Of a DNA stretch of 64,000 nt, positions 38,017-50,626 are shown in pieces. Origin of the DNA: Prorocentrum cordatum (Eukaryota); contig CAUYUJ010000001.1 of assembly GCA_963575745.1 (NCBI GenBank), positions 1,488,001 through 1,552,000 of the forward strand. Direction: 5' to 3'. The position numbers and the translations under genes are program-made. The notes beneath the pieces were generated by a model. That model had not been told where the DNA came from. It ran no database searches and saw only the letters and a program-made list of their open reading frames with translations. Numbering within the stretch: position 1 is the stretch's first letter; the number at the start of each line of letters is the position of its first letter.

Positions 38017-40893
38017 ATGGCGCTGCAGGCGCGTCAGGAGGAGCAGATCTTGCAGTACACCGAGGAAAGCAATTCCTCGGGGAGGTTGGCATCGGGGTGG
38101 GATCAACTGAAGGAGTTCCTGCTGGCGGAGGGGCTAGCGCATTACCAGCAGGCCCCACCGAACCAGATGGGCATCGACATTCGGAACCGCAGCGGTTCGT
38201 TAGTGAACCCTGCGCGGGCTCACAATTTAGGCGCGAAGATTTGCGCCCAGGGCTTCGTCTTGGCCAAGACGGCTGCAGCCGCTGCCTTCGAGGCCCCGCA
38301 GGGGGCGCAGTTGGAAGAGACCGCGATGGCGAACGACCGCCTTTCGCGGCTCAGCGGGGGTCGGTGCCCCCCGCTGGACTCATTGCGGTATACGTCAGTG
38401 GGCGGCTCCCACACGAACGTCTTCCTCCGCTGCGTGCTGGCCAAGGCGCCGACCACAGTGAAGGCGCTGGCAGACTCTCGGGACAACATCGACTCCGAAA
38501 AGCTGTGCGCGTTGCATCCGCAACTTGCGACGGCAGTCAAAAAGGGCCTGACGTGGTTGATCATCAAGCACGCGGTGGCCAAAGTGAAGGGCCTCAAGAA
38601 CTTCGTGCAGAGGGCTTTGAACGCCGACGTCAGGGAGGCGGTTCACGAGACCGAGATCATTCGGTCAGGCTGCAGCCTATCCCCACTATAGTATATAGCG
38701 GTATGCAGTAAGGACCAGGATGATGCACGAGGAGGGTGATGAGTGGGAGCGAGTTGGGGAGGAGGTGAGAACGAGGAGCAGGAGCATTATATCTTACCGT
38801 GCTGCAGCACTTGATCGGATCGGCGCTTGCTGCAGGCAGGTGGGCGGATGCTCTTGGCACACAGCCTCGCTGAGGGTTCCAGCAAGCCCGATTGGCGCGA
38901 CATCGCCGAGCAAGCGGGCCACGCGAACCCACCTTGCAAGGCGTGGATCGCTGACTTGTGCAAGTTTGTTGAGCTCGGGCCACAAAACGGAGAACTTCTC
39001 CGTGAAATAGATGAAGCCCTCAAGACCTTCACGAATGTGGACGTCTCGGGGCAAACTTTGATGTGCGGCTCTGAATTCTGGCGCAAGTTGAATTCGATTA
39101 AATGGGGGAAGCACCAGGAGTCGTACCCGTATGTCGTAGCGGCGCTCGTGAAGGCCAACTATTCAGGCGAGCACGTGGTGGATAGCATGTGCAGGACCAT
39201 CCATAAGCTTGTCGGCGCCCCCTTGTAGTGACATGCGCTGCAGCGCATCTATGCATTGCGCTGCATTGTTAGAACTGCGTACCCACCCCTCCCCCCTCCC
39301 CACACACACACACGCACCGTTACATTGCTTTATTCCCAAACGCAATCGCTGAAGCGATGGGCGGATCAAGGCAAACGAGATCGTCCACGTCGCGTCCCGC
39401 AAGGCGGACGTGGCTGCGGCCGACAACCTCATGGCCGACGCAAGGTCGCTCGTGAAGAGGTTGGATATCGGAGCGGAGCAGGGCTTCTTGCACATCACAA
39501 AGTTGGATGTCCGCTGTGCCATGTACCTGGTGAAGAAGCGAGCGCCAGGAGACCGCGCTTTCGGATGCGTAGCAGATATAGCACAGGTATCTTCTCACGC
39601 CACCTTTCGTGTGCTCCTTGCTTCCCTCCCTCCCTGCTTTTCGCCATTCAATGTCGCTGCAGCGACCCTCCAGGGAGGTCTTCCTCCATGTGCTCGGGGA
39701 GCCAGCCCAGCTGCAGATGAAGAGCTTGGGGATCGAGTTCGGCAAGGCGGTGCAGACCGACAAGCAAGGCGATGGCGCACCCGAGTTCCCAGCGAGCGCC
39801 GATGCAGACGCGCCGCGCGCGGCAGCGTCGTCGGCCGCTGAGTTGAAGAGCAACGTCTTCCGCATGCGGCGTGCAGGGTTCGACGTGGGGGAGCACATCG
39901 TCCAGAAGAAGGAGGTGGATGACGTCTTCGAGGTGCTCTCCGTCTCGGAGGATGGGATCACCGCTCAGAAGAAGTTGCACGGCGACCTGGCGGGCGAAGA
40001 GATCTCCATTGCGCGGCTGCAGCCACCCCGCCGCCCGCGGGGAGCAGGGAGGGGGGAGGGGGAGGTAGTAACTGCGATATTGTATTTCCTGTACTTAGGT
40101 TGCAATGGGTTGGTCGATGCGCTGCAGCGCACGGAGCAGTTAGCCGAGCGGGCGGATTGAAGTAAACATATTGCTCGAGAATTACAAGTTGACGTCCAGG
40201 GTGCAGGAGCAGTTGCCGTTCACGAAGGAGCACTTGCCGCCAGCCCACGAGGGTTGGGCGATGGGCGCGTTCAAGGGGGCATGCAACATGGCGCTGCGGC
40301 CCCAAGCGCTGAAGTACCAGGCGAACATTTTGCATGCGCTGCAAGCGAGCGTTCAAAGTGGGTGAGCTCGTCAGACTTGTGCTTCCGCAATCGTCCGCGC
40401 CCCCCTCCGACGACGCCGCGCTGCAGCGCTGCGCGGAGGACGAGGTAGCGAGGATTTCGGGGCACGTCAGGCCGTGGCGACGAGGTCAGTGATGTTACCG
40501 ACTGCGCGCCATGTAGCTCCACGCGGTGGGAGTGGTCGCATTTCAGCCTCGTCCACGCGGGTCAGCACGGGCTGCGTTGCGGAGAGCATCTCGTTGGGGA
40601 AGGTTGGCCTCTACGAGTTCTTCGTGGGCCCGCAGTTCGCAGGGCCCCCCGCTGAGGGGTCGCGGGGCCCCGACGCCTTTGTCAGCCCCTTCTGGGTGGT
40701 GGCAAAGTCCGACTCAGAGCCCAACATGGAGCTCCGAAAGGAGACCGTGACGTTCGGGACAGGCGTCAACAAGGTGCAGGTGGGGGTGCCCCAGATGCAT
40801 AACACTTGCGCCCTGTCCGCGGGCGACTTCCTGGTGGTGAAGCCGTGGCCGCGGCTGCAGCCGCGGCCAGCCAAGAAGCTCAGGACGGCCTGA
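38017..40893 (+). CDS. Multi-exon cargo gene A: N-terminal ParB/Srx-like domain, C-terminal degenerate SET-like segment
   Basis: MGIDIRNRSG..VNPARAHNLGAKICAQGF...SVGGSHTNVFLR; C-terminus PFWVV..SEPNM...VPQMHNTCALSAGDFLV. Predicted exons ~38017-38658, 38848-39198, 39365-39586, 39678-40007, 40156-~40357, ~40445-40893. Confidence 0.6.
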
Positions 40894-41387
40894 GCTGGCG
40901 ATATAGAGGGACCACGCGGGAGGATGAGGCAGGAGGGAGGGGTGATGCGGAGGAGGAGGAGGAGGCAGGGTAAGGTTTGGCATAGGGAGGAGGATGAGGG
41001 GGCTTAAGGAGCGGCGAGCGCACATGACGGCACCGAGCGTGGCCCTCCGATTGGTGTAAACAGTGTGCGGGTTGGTGCGAAGTGCGATACTTGCCGCGGC
41101 GCTGCAGCGCGCGGAACGATTCGTTGCGCCAGCATCGTCGCTGCAGCGACTGTACAATATTGGTGCTGACATCAGCCTTTCCCACAGACATGCCGCTGCA
41201 GCGGCTTCGTCATCACTGTTGTGCTCGATGTGATCGTTGCTCTTCGCTTCATCTTTCACATGCGCTGCAGCGCACCTCATCATGAGCACCTCGTCCGCGC
41301 GCATGTTGCCTCATCACTCCATCGCAGCAATTTTGGCGCTGAAGTGCGACCGCGCTCGGGCTGCAGCCTCGGCGCGCCGCGCGCGCG

Positions 41388-42152
41388 ATGGCGACGATCA
41401 AGCGCGACTGCGTCGTGTTGCACGACAACCGTACGGGGCGCGAGCTGGTCACGGCCGTCGAGGTCATCGGAGACCGCGAGTGCATCACCGTGACCACCGC
41501 AGGTTGGAGCAAGTGGGTGTGCGGCAAGGCTCAGGGCTTGCGAGGCACGATGTTCCTAACGTGGCTGAAAAATCAGCGCGCCGCGTCGTCGGGGCCAACG
41601 GCGCCGACGACGCTCTTCGCTGCAGCGGAGCCAGGCCGCCGCCCGACCACGCGGTCCGGCCGCGCCAGTCGCCAGGTTCCAGTGGACAAGTGCTTCAAGA
41701 CAGTGCAGCTGCCGCCGTTTGGCGATACGGAGGCAACAGAGCTGCAGATTGTCATTCCCCCACCTCATAGGGGGGGGGGGGACAAGCTGCAGGTGGTGCT
41801 GCACGAGAAGGGCGTAGAGTACATCAAGGCCAAATTGCTTCAGGAGGCGGCGGAGGCGGCAGAGGCGAGCACGGTGCTGAAGCGCCCGCGGCGCCACGAG
41901 ACCGACGTTCCTTGCGGCACCCGCATCTATTGGGTGCAGCGGCTCCAAGCTTGGCGGGCCGTCCGCACAGACTGCGGTTGCAGCAGGACGGCCTTGTTCC
42001 GCACAAACCGCGGCTGCAGCAAGGATGACGCTGAAGCGGCCGCGGCGAAGTGGTGCACCGCCGAACTCAAGGATTGCGAAGCGGATGAGCTCCAGGAGAT
42101 GGAAGCGGAGGCGGAGGGCGATGCGGAGGAGGAGGAGGCCGACTCGGACTGA
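41388..42152 (+). CDS. Cargo gene B, 254 aa, C-terminal AP2-like DNA-binding domain and acidic tail
   Basis: Intact ORF; RIYWVQRLQAWRAV...RTALFRT...KDDAEAAAAKW fits the AP2 beta-beta-beta-helix pattern; LKRPRR basic patch. Confidence 0.6.
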   Translation: MATIKRDCVVLHDNRTGRELVTAVEVIGDRECITVTTAGWSKWVCGKAQGLRGTMFLTWLKNQRAASSGPTAPTTLFAAAEPGRRPTTRSGRASRQVPVDKCFKTVQLPPFGDTEATELQIVIPPPHRGGGDKLQVVLHEKGVEYIKAKLLQEAAEAAEASTVLKRPRRHETDVPCGTRIYWVQRLQAWRAVRTDCGCSRTALFRTNRGCSKDDAEAAAAKWCTAELKDCEADELQEMEAEAEGDAEEEEADSD

Positions 42153-42662
42153 GCTGCGGCGCGCTCGGTCGACCGCATCGCTGGGGCGTGCGATCACGGT
42201 CGGCAGTGCGATTGAGAATGGCAGCGAGGAGGACGAGCACGAGGACGAGGGCGAGGAGGAGAAGGAAGAGGAGGATTGGGATAATAATTGCGGATTGTTG
42301 GTGGATCCCCCCAATGTTCGCTACTGTTGGTGTCATTGCGAATCGTTGGTATGATCAAGCGTGCTGCAGCACGACGACACTACGATCAAGTGTGCCTCTC
42401 ACGCGTTGCCGCCGTCGATGTGTGACCTCACGGCGCTGCAGCGCTGACTTACGTTTCGTGTGTTTGGAGTCCATCGTGCTGCAGCGCTGATTTACGTTCG
42501 GGTGTCTGGCGTGCCGATATCAGATTTTTGCGTCGCGCTGCAGCGCTGACTTACATGTTGTGTGTCTGGCGTGTTGATGTAGCGCTTCGATCGCGCTTGC
42601 AGCCCGCATGTTCGCTTGATGTTATTGCATGTGGTTCGCAGCCACCTGTGATCAGAACATCA

Positions 42663-43016
42663 ATGGCTGCCAACATGAGTGCAGCGACGCCGCCATGGCG
42701 GCTTCCCTCGGAGCCAGCGCCGCCGCCGAAGGCGAAGTCCGCGGCATCGGATGCGACATATGCGGCTACCCCCCCTCCTCCGCCGCCGCCGCCGCCACCG
42801 CCGCCTCCGACGTCGACGAGGACCGCGGCTGCAGCCGCCAGTGATGTGCCAGCCCCGCGCGCGGCTGCAGCCGCGCGCAAGCGCGATGCTGAGACCAAGG
42901 TTGGCATGTGGAAGCTTGTGTGCGACATGATTCGGGAAGCGCTTCAGCGCGGGGGCCGCGAGGCAGCGGTTGCGCTGGCAGTCCAGTGCCACGTCGCGAA
43001 GAAGCCGCGGAAGTGA
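42663..43016 (+). CDS. Cargo gene C, small Pro-rich hypothetical protein
   Basis: ATG 42663; C-terminal helical segment KVGMWKLVCDMIREAL...KKPRK. Confidence 0.45.
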   Translation: MAANMSAATPPWRLPSEPAPPPKAKSAASDATYAATPPPPPPPPPPPPPTSTRTAAAAASDVPAPRAAAAARKRDAETKVGMWKLVCDMIREALQRGGREAAVALAVQCHVAKKPRK

Positions 43017-44089
43017 CGGGCGCGCGGCGCGCGCGCGGTCAGTGCTGCAGCGCCACTGTTTCAGTCGGAGACAGCATCGCGACGGCGGCGACGGCGACAG
43101 AGACAACGACGACGGCGTTAAAGACGACGTAATTCAGAGCAGTGCATGCAGGAGAAGAAGGTGGAGGGAGGATGATGATGAGGAGGAGGAGGGTGATCAG
43201 GAGGACGACGACATTGAGGACGACGTTCTGGAACGCCCTCATTTTCACAGGTTCCCACCGCTCGCTGCCAGCACCTCGGAGCAGGGGAAGGGGGAGCAGG
43301 ATGATGATGATGATGAGGAGGAGGAGGAGGAGGAGAAGGAGGCCGAGGACGAGGAGTATGACGAGGAGGAGGAGGAGGAAGACAACCAGTTGGCACCCAT
43401 GCCCCGCCCCCCCGATCCTTCTGCCTATTCCTGCCTCCGCATACTCCCTCTCCTCCTCCTCCTCCTCCTCCTCCTCCTCCTCCTCATCCTCCCTCTCATT
43501 CTCCTACTCCTCCTTCTCCTCCTCCTTCTCCTCCTCCTCCCTCTCCTTCTTCTCCTCCTCATCCGTGTCCTCCTCCTCCTCCTCCTCCTCCTCCTGCCCC
43601 CCCTCCTCCCCCCCCTCCTCCTCTCCCTCCAATCCTCCTCCCCCCCCTCATCCTCCTCCTCCTCCTATCCTGAGGGGGCAGCCCTGGGGAGGTCAATCCA
43701 GTCGTTGGCCTTCGGAGGTTCAGTTGGGGGTGATGTTACTTTGCGGGGTGATGTTACTTTGGGGGGTCAGTCGACTGGTTAGCAGGGGTCCATCGTCGTC
43801 AGCGTCGTCGCCATCGTATTCGTCGTTGGCACCGCCGCTGTTTTTGTTCCGTGCAGCTGCAGCTGCAGCTTCGCGCGCTGCAGCGTCGCGCGCCCGCGCG
43901 CCCGAGTGCAGCTTCAGCTGCAGTGATGGGACTGGTTTCCACCACCACTACCATATGTTGGAGAAGGAGGAGGAGGAGAAAGAAGAGGAGGAGGAGGACC
44001 TCTCCCTCCAACTTATGGTACTGGTGGTGGAAACCAAGCCCATCATGCAGCTTGGCGAGCTGCAGCTTCGCTCGCTGCATCGCGCAGCG

Positions 44090-44653
44090 ATGGCGTCGCA
44101 GCTCGACTACGACGAGGACGCCGGGGAGTTCGCCGTCCTGCGGCCGACGCCGCCTGCGGCGCCGCCGCCAGGGTTCGAGCCGTGGGACCCCGCGGTCGAG
44201 CTCGCTGCCGCCAAGGCGCGGCCGACGTCGCGCGCCGCCCCGTACGGCAAGGGCGGCAGCGACGGCCCACCTTGCAAGGGCAAGGGCAAGGGCAAGGACA
44301 AGGACAAGGACAACGTCGGCGGCCCACCTTGCGGCAAGGGCAAGGGCAAGGACAAGGACAAGGACGGCGGCGGCCCACCTTGCAAGGGCAAGGGCAAGGA
44401 CAAGAGCAAGGGCGGCAAGGGCAAGCTTGTCCGCGACGGGGACCAGCAGCAGCGGCGTGACGGCTGGTTCAACAGGGCGCAGCAGCTCTGCGAGCTGCTG
44501 CTGGCGGGCGAGTACGCCGACGCGGCCGCCCTCGCGGAGGAGTACTACGCTGGCCCAGCACAGGTCTGGGTCGGCGCTGGCGCCGAGGAGGCCGCCGAGG
44601 AGGCGCAGGCGCCCGAGGAGGCGCTGAGGAGGCCGCCGAGGGGCGCCTCATGA
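44090..44653 (+). CDS. Cargo gene D, hypothetical protein with GGPPCKGKGKGKDK repeats
   Basis: ATG 44090; strongly GC3-biased codons; C-terminal RRDGWFNRAQQLCELLLAGEY. Confidence 0.55.
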   Translation: MASQLDYDEDAGEFAVLRPTPPAAPPPGFEPWDPAVELAAAKARPTSRAAPYGKGGSDGPPCKGKGKGKDKDKDNVGGPPCGKGKGKDKDKDGGGPPCKGKGKDKSKGGKGKLVRDGDQQQRRDGWFNRAQQLCELLLAGEYADAAALAEEYYAGPAQVWVGAGAEEAAEEAQAPEEALRRPPRGAS

Positions 44654-45936
44654 GGAGGCCGCGGAGGAGGCCGCGGATGAGGCCGCGGAGGCGGAGGCGG
44701 AGGCGGCCGCCGAGCGCCGAGGGCGCGCCGAGCGCCGAGGGCGGAGGCGGCCGCGCCGAGCGCCGAGGGCGGAGGCGGCCGCCGAGCGCCGAGGGCGCGC
44801 CGCCGAGCGCCGAGGGCGGAGGCGGCCGCCGAGCGGCCCCTGGCGCTGCAGCGCCCGCATGCATGCGCCCGCATGCGGGCGCCACATGAGAGCTGCGGCG
44901 CGGCCGCGGAGCATTCCACTACTGGTGGGCGACGGAATGGGACGGTAACTCAGTAGAGGTAGACAGGGGGAGAGGGGGGACTATAGTAGAGGTAGACAGG
45001 GGGGAGACGTGATATACATAGGGAATGCGAGGGGGACGATGGAGACGCAGCGTGGGGGTGGAGTGAAGACACATTGGAGAGAGACGGTAGACAGGATGCC
45101 CGCTGCAGCGGGTATCCACTCTCCCGTGAGCGAGGGGGACAACGAACGCATAGTGATAGGATACATGCTGTAGCAACCCAACATGTAAGATCAATGGGAG
45201 CAATGGGGGGGTGGATTGGATCAGTTCGCGAGCATAGCTGACGCCGACGCATGCATGTGTTTAGGCCAGGTTATATTTCGTGCGCCAGATCGCGTGGTGC
45301 GCCCGCGCTGTCGCCCAGAAAGGCGCTCCGATATCCTCATCACATCTATCTGCCATCGTCGACGTTCACATCCTGATCCGCTGACATTTTTTCGCATGGA
45401 CTGATGTGCCAGGGGTCGGCCTTGGATTGGCCAGGAAAGTTTGGGGGCACTTGGGGGGGTCCTGGGGCACTTCAGATGGCAAGCCGTCTCGCATCGCATC
45501 GCCCTTCGCCACTCTCCCTGCCCCCCTTCAGCACAGTTCGTTGCGCCGCCGAGTAGCCCCCCCCCATGGCCTCCTGACAGCCTCACCAGCCCCCATCAGC
45601 CTTGTCCTCAGCAGTCTCGAGCCATCGCGACGCTGCTGCAGCAGAACCGTGAGCGTAAATCTTTGCAGTTGACAGCGGTTTCGGCATCGTCAACCTCGTC
45701 GCGACGCTGCTGCAGCAGCGCCGCGTGATGTACTTCGCGCCTCTCTTAGTTTCACTCCCACCTCGAAATCAGCAGTGTGGACAGTGTTCTGGGACTGCGT
45801 GGGTGGGCGTTGGGGTGGGCTGGAGTGCTGGATGTTGGCATCAGGATGGCTGATCTGAGGTCGAACGGGAGCTTCGGGTGAAGCGATCTGAGAGCGTCGG
45901 TGCCCCTCTGCAGAGGTGATGCTGTCTGACAGCGGC

Positions 45937-46087
45937 GTGTCTGTTCAATAGCCCCCTCTATTGAACAGCCACGCCCGTGTCTGTTCAATAGCCCCTTCTA
46001 TCGAACATGCCATGTTCAATAGCCCCCTCGATTGAACAGCCACGCCCGTGTCTGTTCAATAGCCCCCTCTATTGAACAGACACGCCC
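45937..46087. repeat. Four tandem ~40-bp hairpin repeats
   Basis: CTGTTCAATAG-CCCCCT-CTATTGAACAG at 45941 and 46052, with variants at 45981 and 46013. Confidence 0.9.
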
Positions 46088-46915
46088 CTGTCGATGTCCC
46101 AGCTGCCTTCGAGGCTCCCAGATCGCTTCGGTATTTGCTCCTGATCGCACTTCGCGCATCTCCTGAATCCGTCCCGCGCCCTCCTCGGACACCTTCCGTG
46201 TCCCTCCTGTGTCTGCCCGCCCGCCCGCTCCCGAGCTCCCGTGTATACCTATCCGTCTCCCGTGTCTCTCCCGCGTCTCTCCCGTGCCCCTTCCGTGTCT
46301 CCACCTGCCTTCCGTGCGCTCCCGCCCGTGTCCCTCCGCACCGCTCCCGCGTCCGTCCGCCCGCTCGCCCCCGAACTCCCGTGTCCCTCCCGTGTCTCTT
46401 CCGTGCCCCCCCCCCCCGTGTTTCTCCCATGTCCCTCCCACCCCTCCGTGTCTTTCGCACCGTCCCTTCCGTGTTCCTCAAATGATCATGCATCCCCCCC
46501 CCGTGTCCTGCCCGCCCGCCCGCCCGCGCTCGTGTCCTTCCCTCCCGTGTCTCCTCGCATCTCCCCCCGCCCCCCCCCCCCCCCTCCCCCCCGTGTCCCT
46601 CATTATCTCCCTCCTCTCCTTTCCATCACTCTATATCTCTCTCCCTATTGCCCACTACCATGCGTTCCATCATGGTGCGCATGCATAGCGCTGCAGCGCT
46701 TCATGTTACTTTGTGACGATGATTTCTGCTGAGCGCTGCAGCGCTCACGTGTGTTCCTTAATTGCATGCGATCGTTGCGCTGCAGCGCATCTGTACTGTT
46801 GTGGCCTCTCTTCCACCTCAGCAGCCGAGTGCTTCAGCTCTCGCAGTGTGGGAGGCCCTCCCTCGCGCTTCCCCTCGGAGCGTCCGCGCACCCCCTCGCC
46901 CTCGCGGAGGGCATC

Positions 46916-48777
46916 ATGTCTGCCGCGGCTGCGGCCACACCCATCAACCACATCCTGGATAACCTGGACAGCTGCGACGCCTTCTTCGCATCGCAGATCG
47001 GCGTCATCGCCGCCGACGCGATGGCGCAGAGCCAGTCCGCCTTGTCCATGAGCGTGCAGCTGCAGCTTCACAACTTGGGGACGATCGGGGCTGCCCAAGC
47101 AGCTACCCTGCATAATCGAATCACCGCGTCGGGCTTCGCGGACAGCCACAAGGCGCGCCTCAGCGCCGCGCTGGCCGCGCGCGTGGGCACGGCGACGCCC
47201 GCGCTCCAGATGCGCGTGCAGACGCTCGCGTCAGGGCGGCGCTATCCATCGTGCTTTGCACATCGGACCGCCGAAGTGTTATTCACATGTATGGTTTAAT
47301 TGTTTGTTCTGTACTTTATGTATGTTACCATGTTCATGTTTCAAATGTACTTATGTTATCATGCTGCAGCATGCCTGCGTCGATTCGTAGGCTGGTGGAC
47401 TTTACCATGCAGGACTGGGGTTTATTTCGCGACCCCAACCAGAGCGTCGTCGCGAAGGTGCGCGCGTTGATCAAACGTTGCGGTGCCATCGGCTTGACGG
47501 TTCCGAGCGGGAACACGCTGAAAGAGTTGGCGGCGTTGATGGCATGCGCCCATCTTCCAGACGCAAACCCTGGGCAGCTCTACGGGATCGTGACGGAGAT
47601 GAAGGTTTGGGATTCGGCGGGAACGCCTAACGCAGACGCATCGCATCGCGCTGACTGCAGCCAATGCGACGCGGCGCGTCAGCGTTAGGGTTTCCCGACG
47701 AGTCGCCCTTTACAGGGTCAGTTCTTGGCGAGCCGCAGGGGCGCGACGGGGCAAGCGGCGACAGTGACTTGGAATTTCCCAGCAGATCCTCGGCAGCTCC
47801 CTCAGCACATCTTCGACGCGGCGTGCACCGATGCGGACCCGCCGATCGATGTGACGCGCGACCTCGCCAACGTGGCATCGCATCTACGAGGCTGCTGCCA
47901 CCCCGTCATGCGCTGCAGCGCTGATTGTTCTGGATGTCTTGGGTGCTTCGGTGAGCTCGGTCCTTTAGGTCCACCTCGCATAGAGCATGATAGGTTTCAT
48001 GCTACGCGTGCGCCGCTGAAGCGGCCTGCGGGTCTCAACGCCATCAAGGCTCGCGTGCCTCTCAGGCTGACCAACAAGGGCTTGCGGGCTGCCGCCCCAC
48101 CGCATCAGCCGAGCACTGCCATTGTGCCATGGACACCATCGGGGTCACCCTCCGTGCCGCCTGCAGCGCCAATGCAACCCATGGACGCGATGGCCGTGAT
48201 GCAGCAAATGCTGGCAGCGTTTGCGCCACCGCCATCGCCGCCCAACGAGCTGCAGCTGCAGCTCTTCCCGCGCCGCTCTGCGGCGCCCACGGCGAGCCCC
48301 CCCGCGAGTCCCCCCGCGATTGGTGATTCGCCAGCTGGGCCAGCATTGCCAGCGGCGGCGCCAGATGCTGCTGCAGCAGCGCCAACGCCGCCAAACGAAG
48401 ATGCTGCTGCAGCAGCAGACGGAGACGAGGATGCTGTGCTGCAGGCGATCGAGACCTTGGCTGCGGGCAGCGCGAAAGGCGAGCTGCCTCGCAAGGGCAA
48501 GGGCAAGGGCAAGGGCAAGAAGGGCAAGGGCAAGAGCGCGATCAAGGGCAAGAGCAAGACAGGCGCTGGCAAGGGCAAGACGGCGGCCAAGGGCACGGCC
48601 AAACCGAAGGCCAAGGGCAAAGGGAAGGCCAAAGCCAAGGCCAAGGCCAAGCCCAAGGGCAAGGCGGCAGCCAAACGGGGCCAAATGGCACTCGGGTGCA
48701 GCAAATGCCGCTACCTGCCGAATGGCTGCGGCACGTGCCGCGACCCGAACTTCACTGGCCGTCGCGGCAAGCCGTGA
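46916..48777 (+). CDS. Multi-exon cargo gene E with Lys/Ala-rich tail and terminal CxxC-x6-CxxC motif
   Basis: Exons join via a plausible GC-AG intron (acceptor 47390) and a GT-AG intron (acceptor 47715: EMK|GQFL); ends KGKAKAKAKAKPK...LGCSKCRYLPNGCGTCRDPNF. Confidence 0.6.
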
Positions 48778-49517
48778 GCGCGCAACGGGCACTGTCGGCA
48801 TATGGAGGTGAGGATGAGGATTATGAGGGCGAGGAGGAGGATGGGGAGGATGATGAGGAGGATGAGCATGTGGAGGAGAAGGAATGAGGAGGATGGTGAG
48901 GATTAGTGCGAGGTTGGATGGAACGCTGGCCGGTGATATGAACGGTAGTGGCGATGGTCTTGCCTGGCGGTCGCGCGGCTCGCACGGACGACGAGGAGGA
49001 TGAAAGTCAAATATGTTGACGGGTTCTCTTGGATGTGGGCGCTGCAGCGCTGGCGCCTTTGTGTTCAACGTTTGCATCGCCATCATGATCACGATGCAGC
49101 GCTGCAGCGCTCGCTTTCCTGGATGGTGGCGTAGATATTGCGTGCTGTTGTGTTCCGATGCAGCGCTGCAGCGCCTGTCAGACTTGTGGTGCCGTTGTAG
49201 CGTTGGCGCGTTTGTGAGTGTGCAGTTGCAGCCGCGGTGTCCATGTATTGCGTGACGTGCTCGTCTTGAGTGCCAGTCGTTCCTCGTCGATACGCGCTGC
49301 AGCGCCATCATTCGTGATGTCGAGCGTTGTCTCCCGCGTGGTTGTTGCCAAGTCACGCGCTGCAGCGCTGTGATTCGCTCATGTTGCGCGTTGCCGATGG
49401 CATGCCCTCCTCCCCCTCCTCCTCCTCCTCCTCACTTGGCTCGCGCGTCGCAGCCGCCATCGTTCGCTGCAGCGGGTGCTGGCAACGGACCTCCTCCGCC
49501 TCCTCACTGGGCTCGCA

Positions 49518-49948
49518 ATGGCGGCGCGCCGCTGCGACAAGCCGTTCGAAGCGCAAGCGCGCGCCGACCGTCGCGACGAGTTGCGCGAGGCCCGCGCGAG
49601 AGCGACGGCGACTGCTACAGCAGAGGTGAAGGAGGCGCGGAAGAACGCCAGGAAAGCGGAGAAGCAGGTGCAGATCCGCACCGCGGAGCTGCAGGTGGAT
49701 GAGGAGGCGGATGAGAAGGAGGACGGTGGGGTTCATGAGTGTGGCAGGCTACTCCCCCGCTGCAGCGGGGGAGAAGGACGACAGGGGGGATGATCAGGAG
49801 GAGGTGGAAGGCGATGATGTGGGAGGATGAGGAGTATGAGTAGCAGGGTCGGGGTCAGATGGACATCGCCGCTTCGGACGTGGCCAACCAGAAACTCAAC
49901 GAGGCGTTGACCTCGCTGCGGAACGCCAAGAAGATGAAGGTGACCTGA
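49518..49948 (+). CDS. Cargo gene F, two-exon small coiled-coil protein
   Basis: ...IRTAELQ|GT...AG|MDIAASDVANQKLNEALTSLRNAKKMKVT*. Confidence 0.45.
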
Positions 49949-50626
49949 GTGAGGTCGGCCTCGGCGACCGCCTGCTGAAGCATGCTGGTTCGATTGATTG
50001 GTAAAGGCTGGAGGGAACGTGGTTGAGCGTGTTGTTTGAGTTGCGCTGCAGCGCTTCTCCGTGGACCACGGTTGAAAGTTTGCGCGCGGATCATGATGTG
50101 TTAATGTGTTGCGCTGCAGCGCAGTTTCGCTTGCAGTTTCTCGTTGGATGGTGATGTGGCGGATGATGAGGGCGAGTGATATTGATGCTGTTGACGATGA
50201 AGGTGATGGTGACGGGGAGGATGAAGGGACGGGAGACGGATGATGAGGAGGATGGGTAGGTTGAGGAGGAGGATGGGGAGGATGAGGGGGCGCATGAGGC
50301 GGAGGAGGAGGAGGAGGGGGAAGAGGAGGAGGAGGAGGTATAGGAGGGGGAGGAAGAGGAGGAGGACGAGGGGGATGGCGAGCAGGATGGAGGAGGAGGA
50401 GGACGTTCGCGCTGCAGCGCGTCAGATTGTCATCATTGAACGTTAGCGGCGCTGTAGCGCCATGTGCTCCCAGACTGTTGCTTGGCAGTTAGCGCTGCAG
50501 CGCGCATTTGGTTGCTCTCCACGCGGTGCAGCCTCATTTCCATCCGTAGTCGCCGTGGCCCCTAGCGGAGGGGCCCCTCCGCGCGCGCGCAGCGACGGAG
50601 GCAAGCTTGCCTCGGGAACGCGCGCG

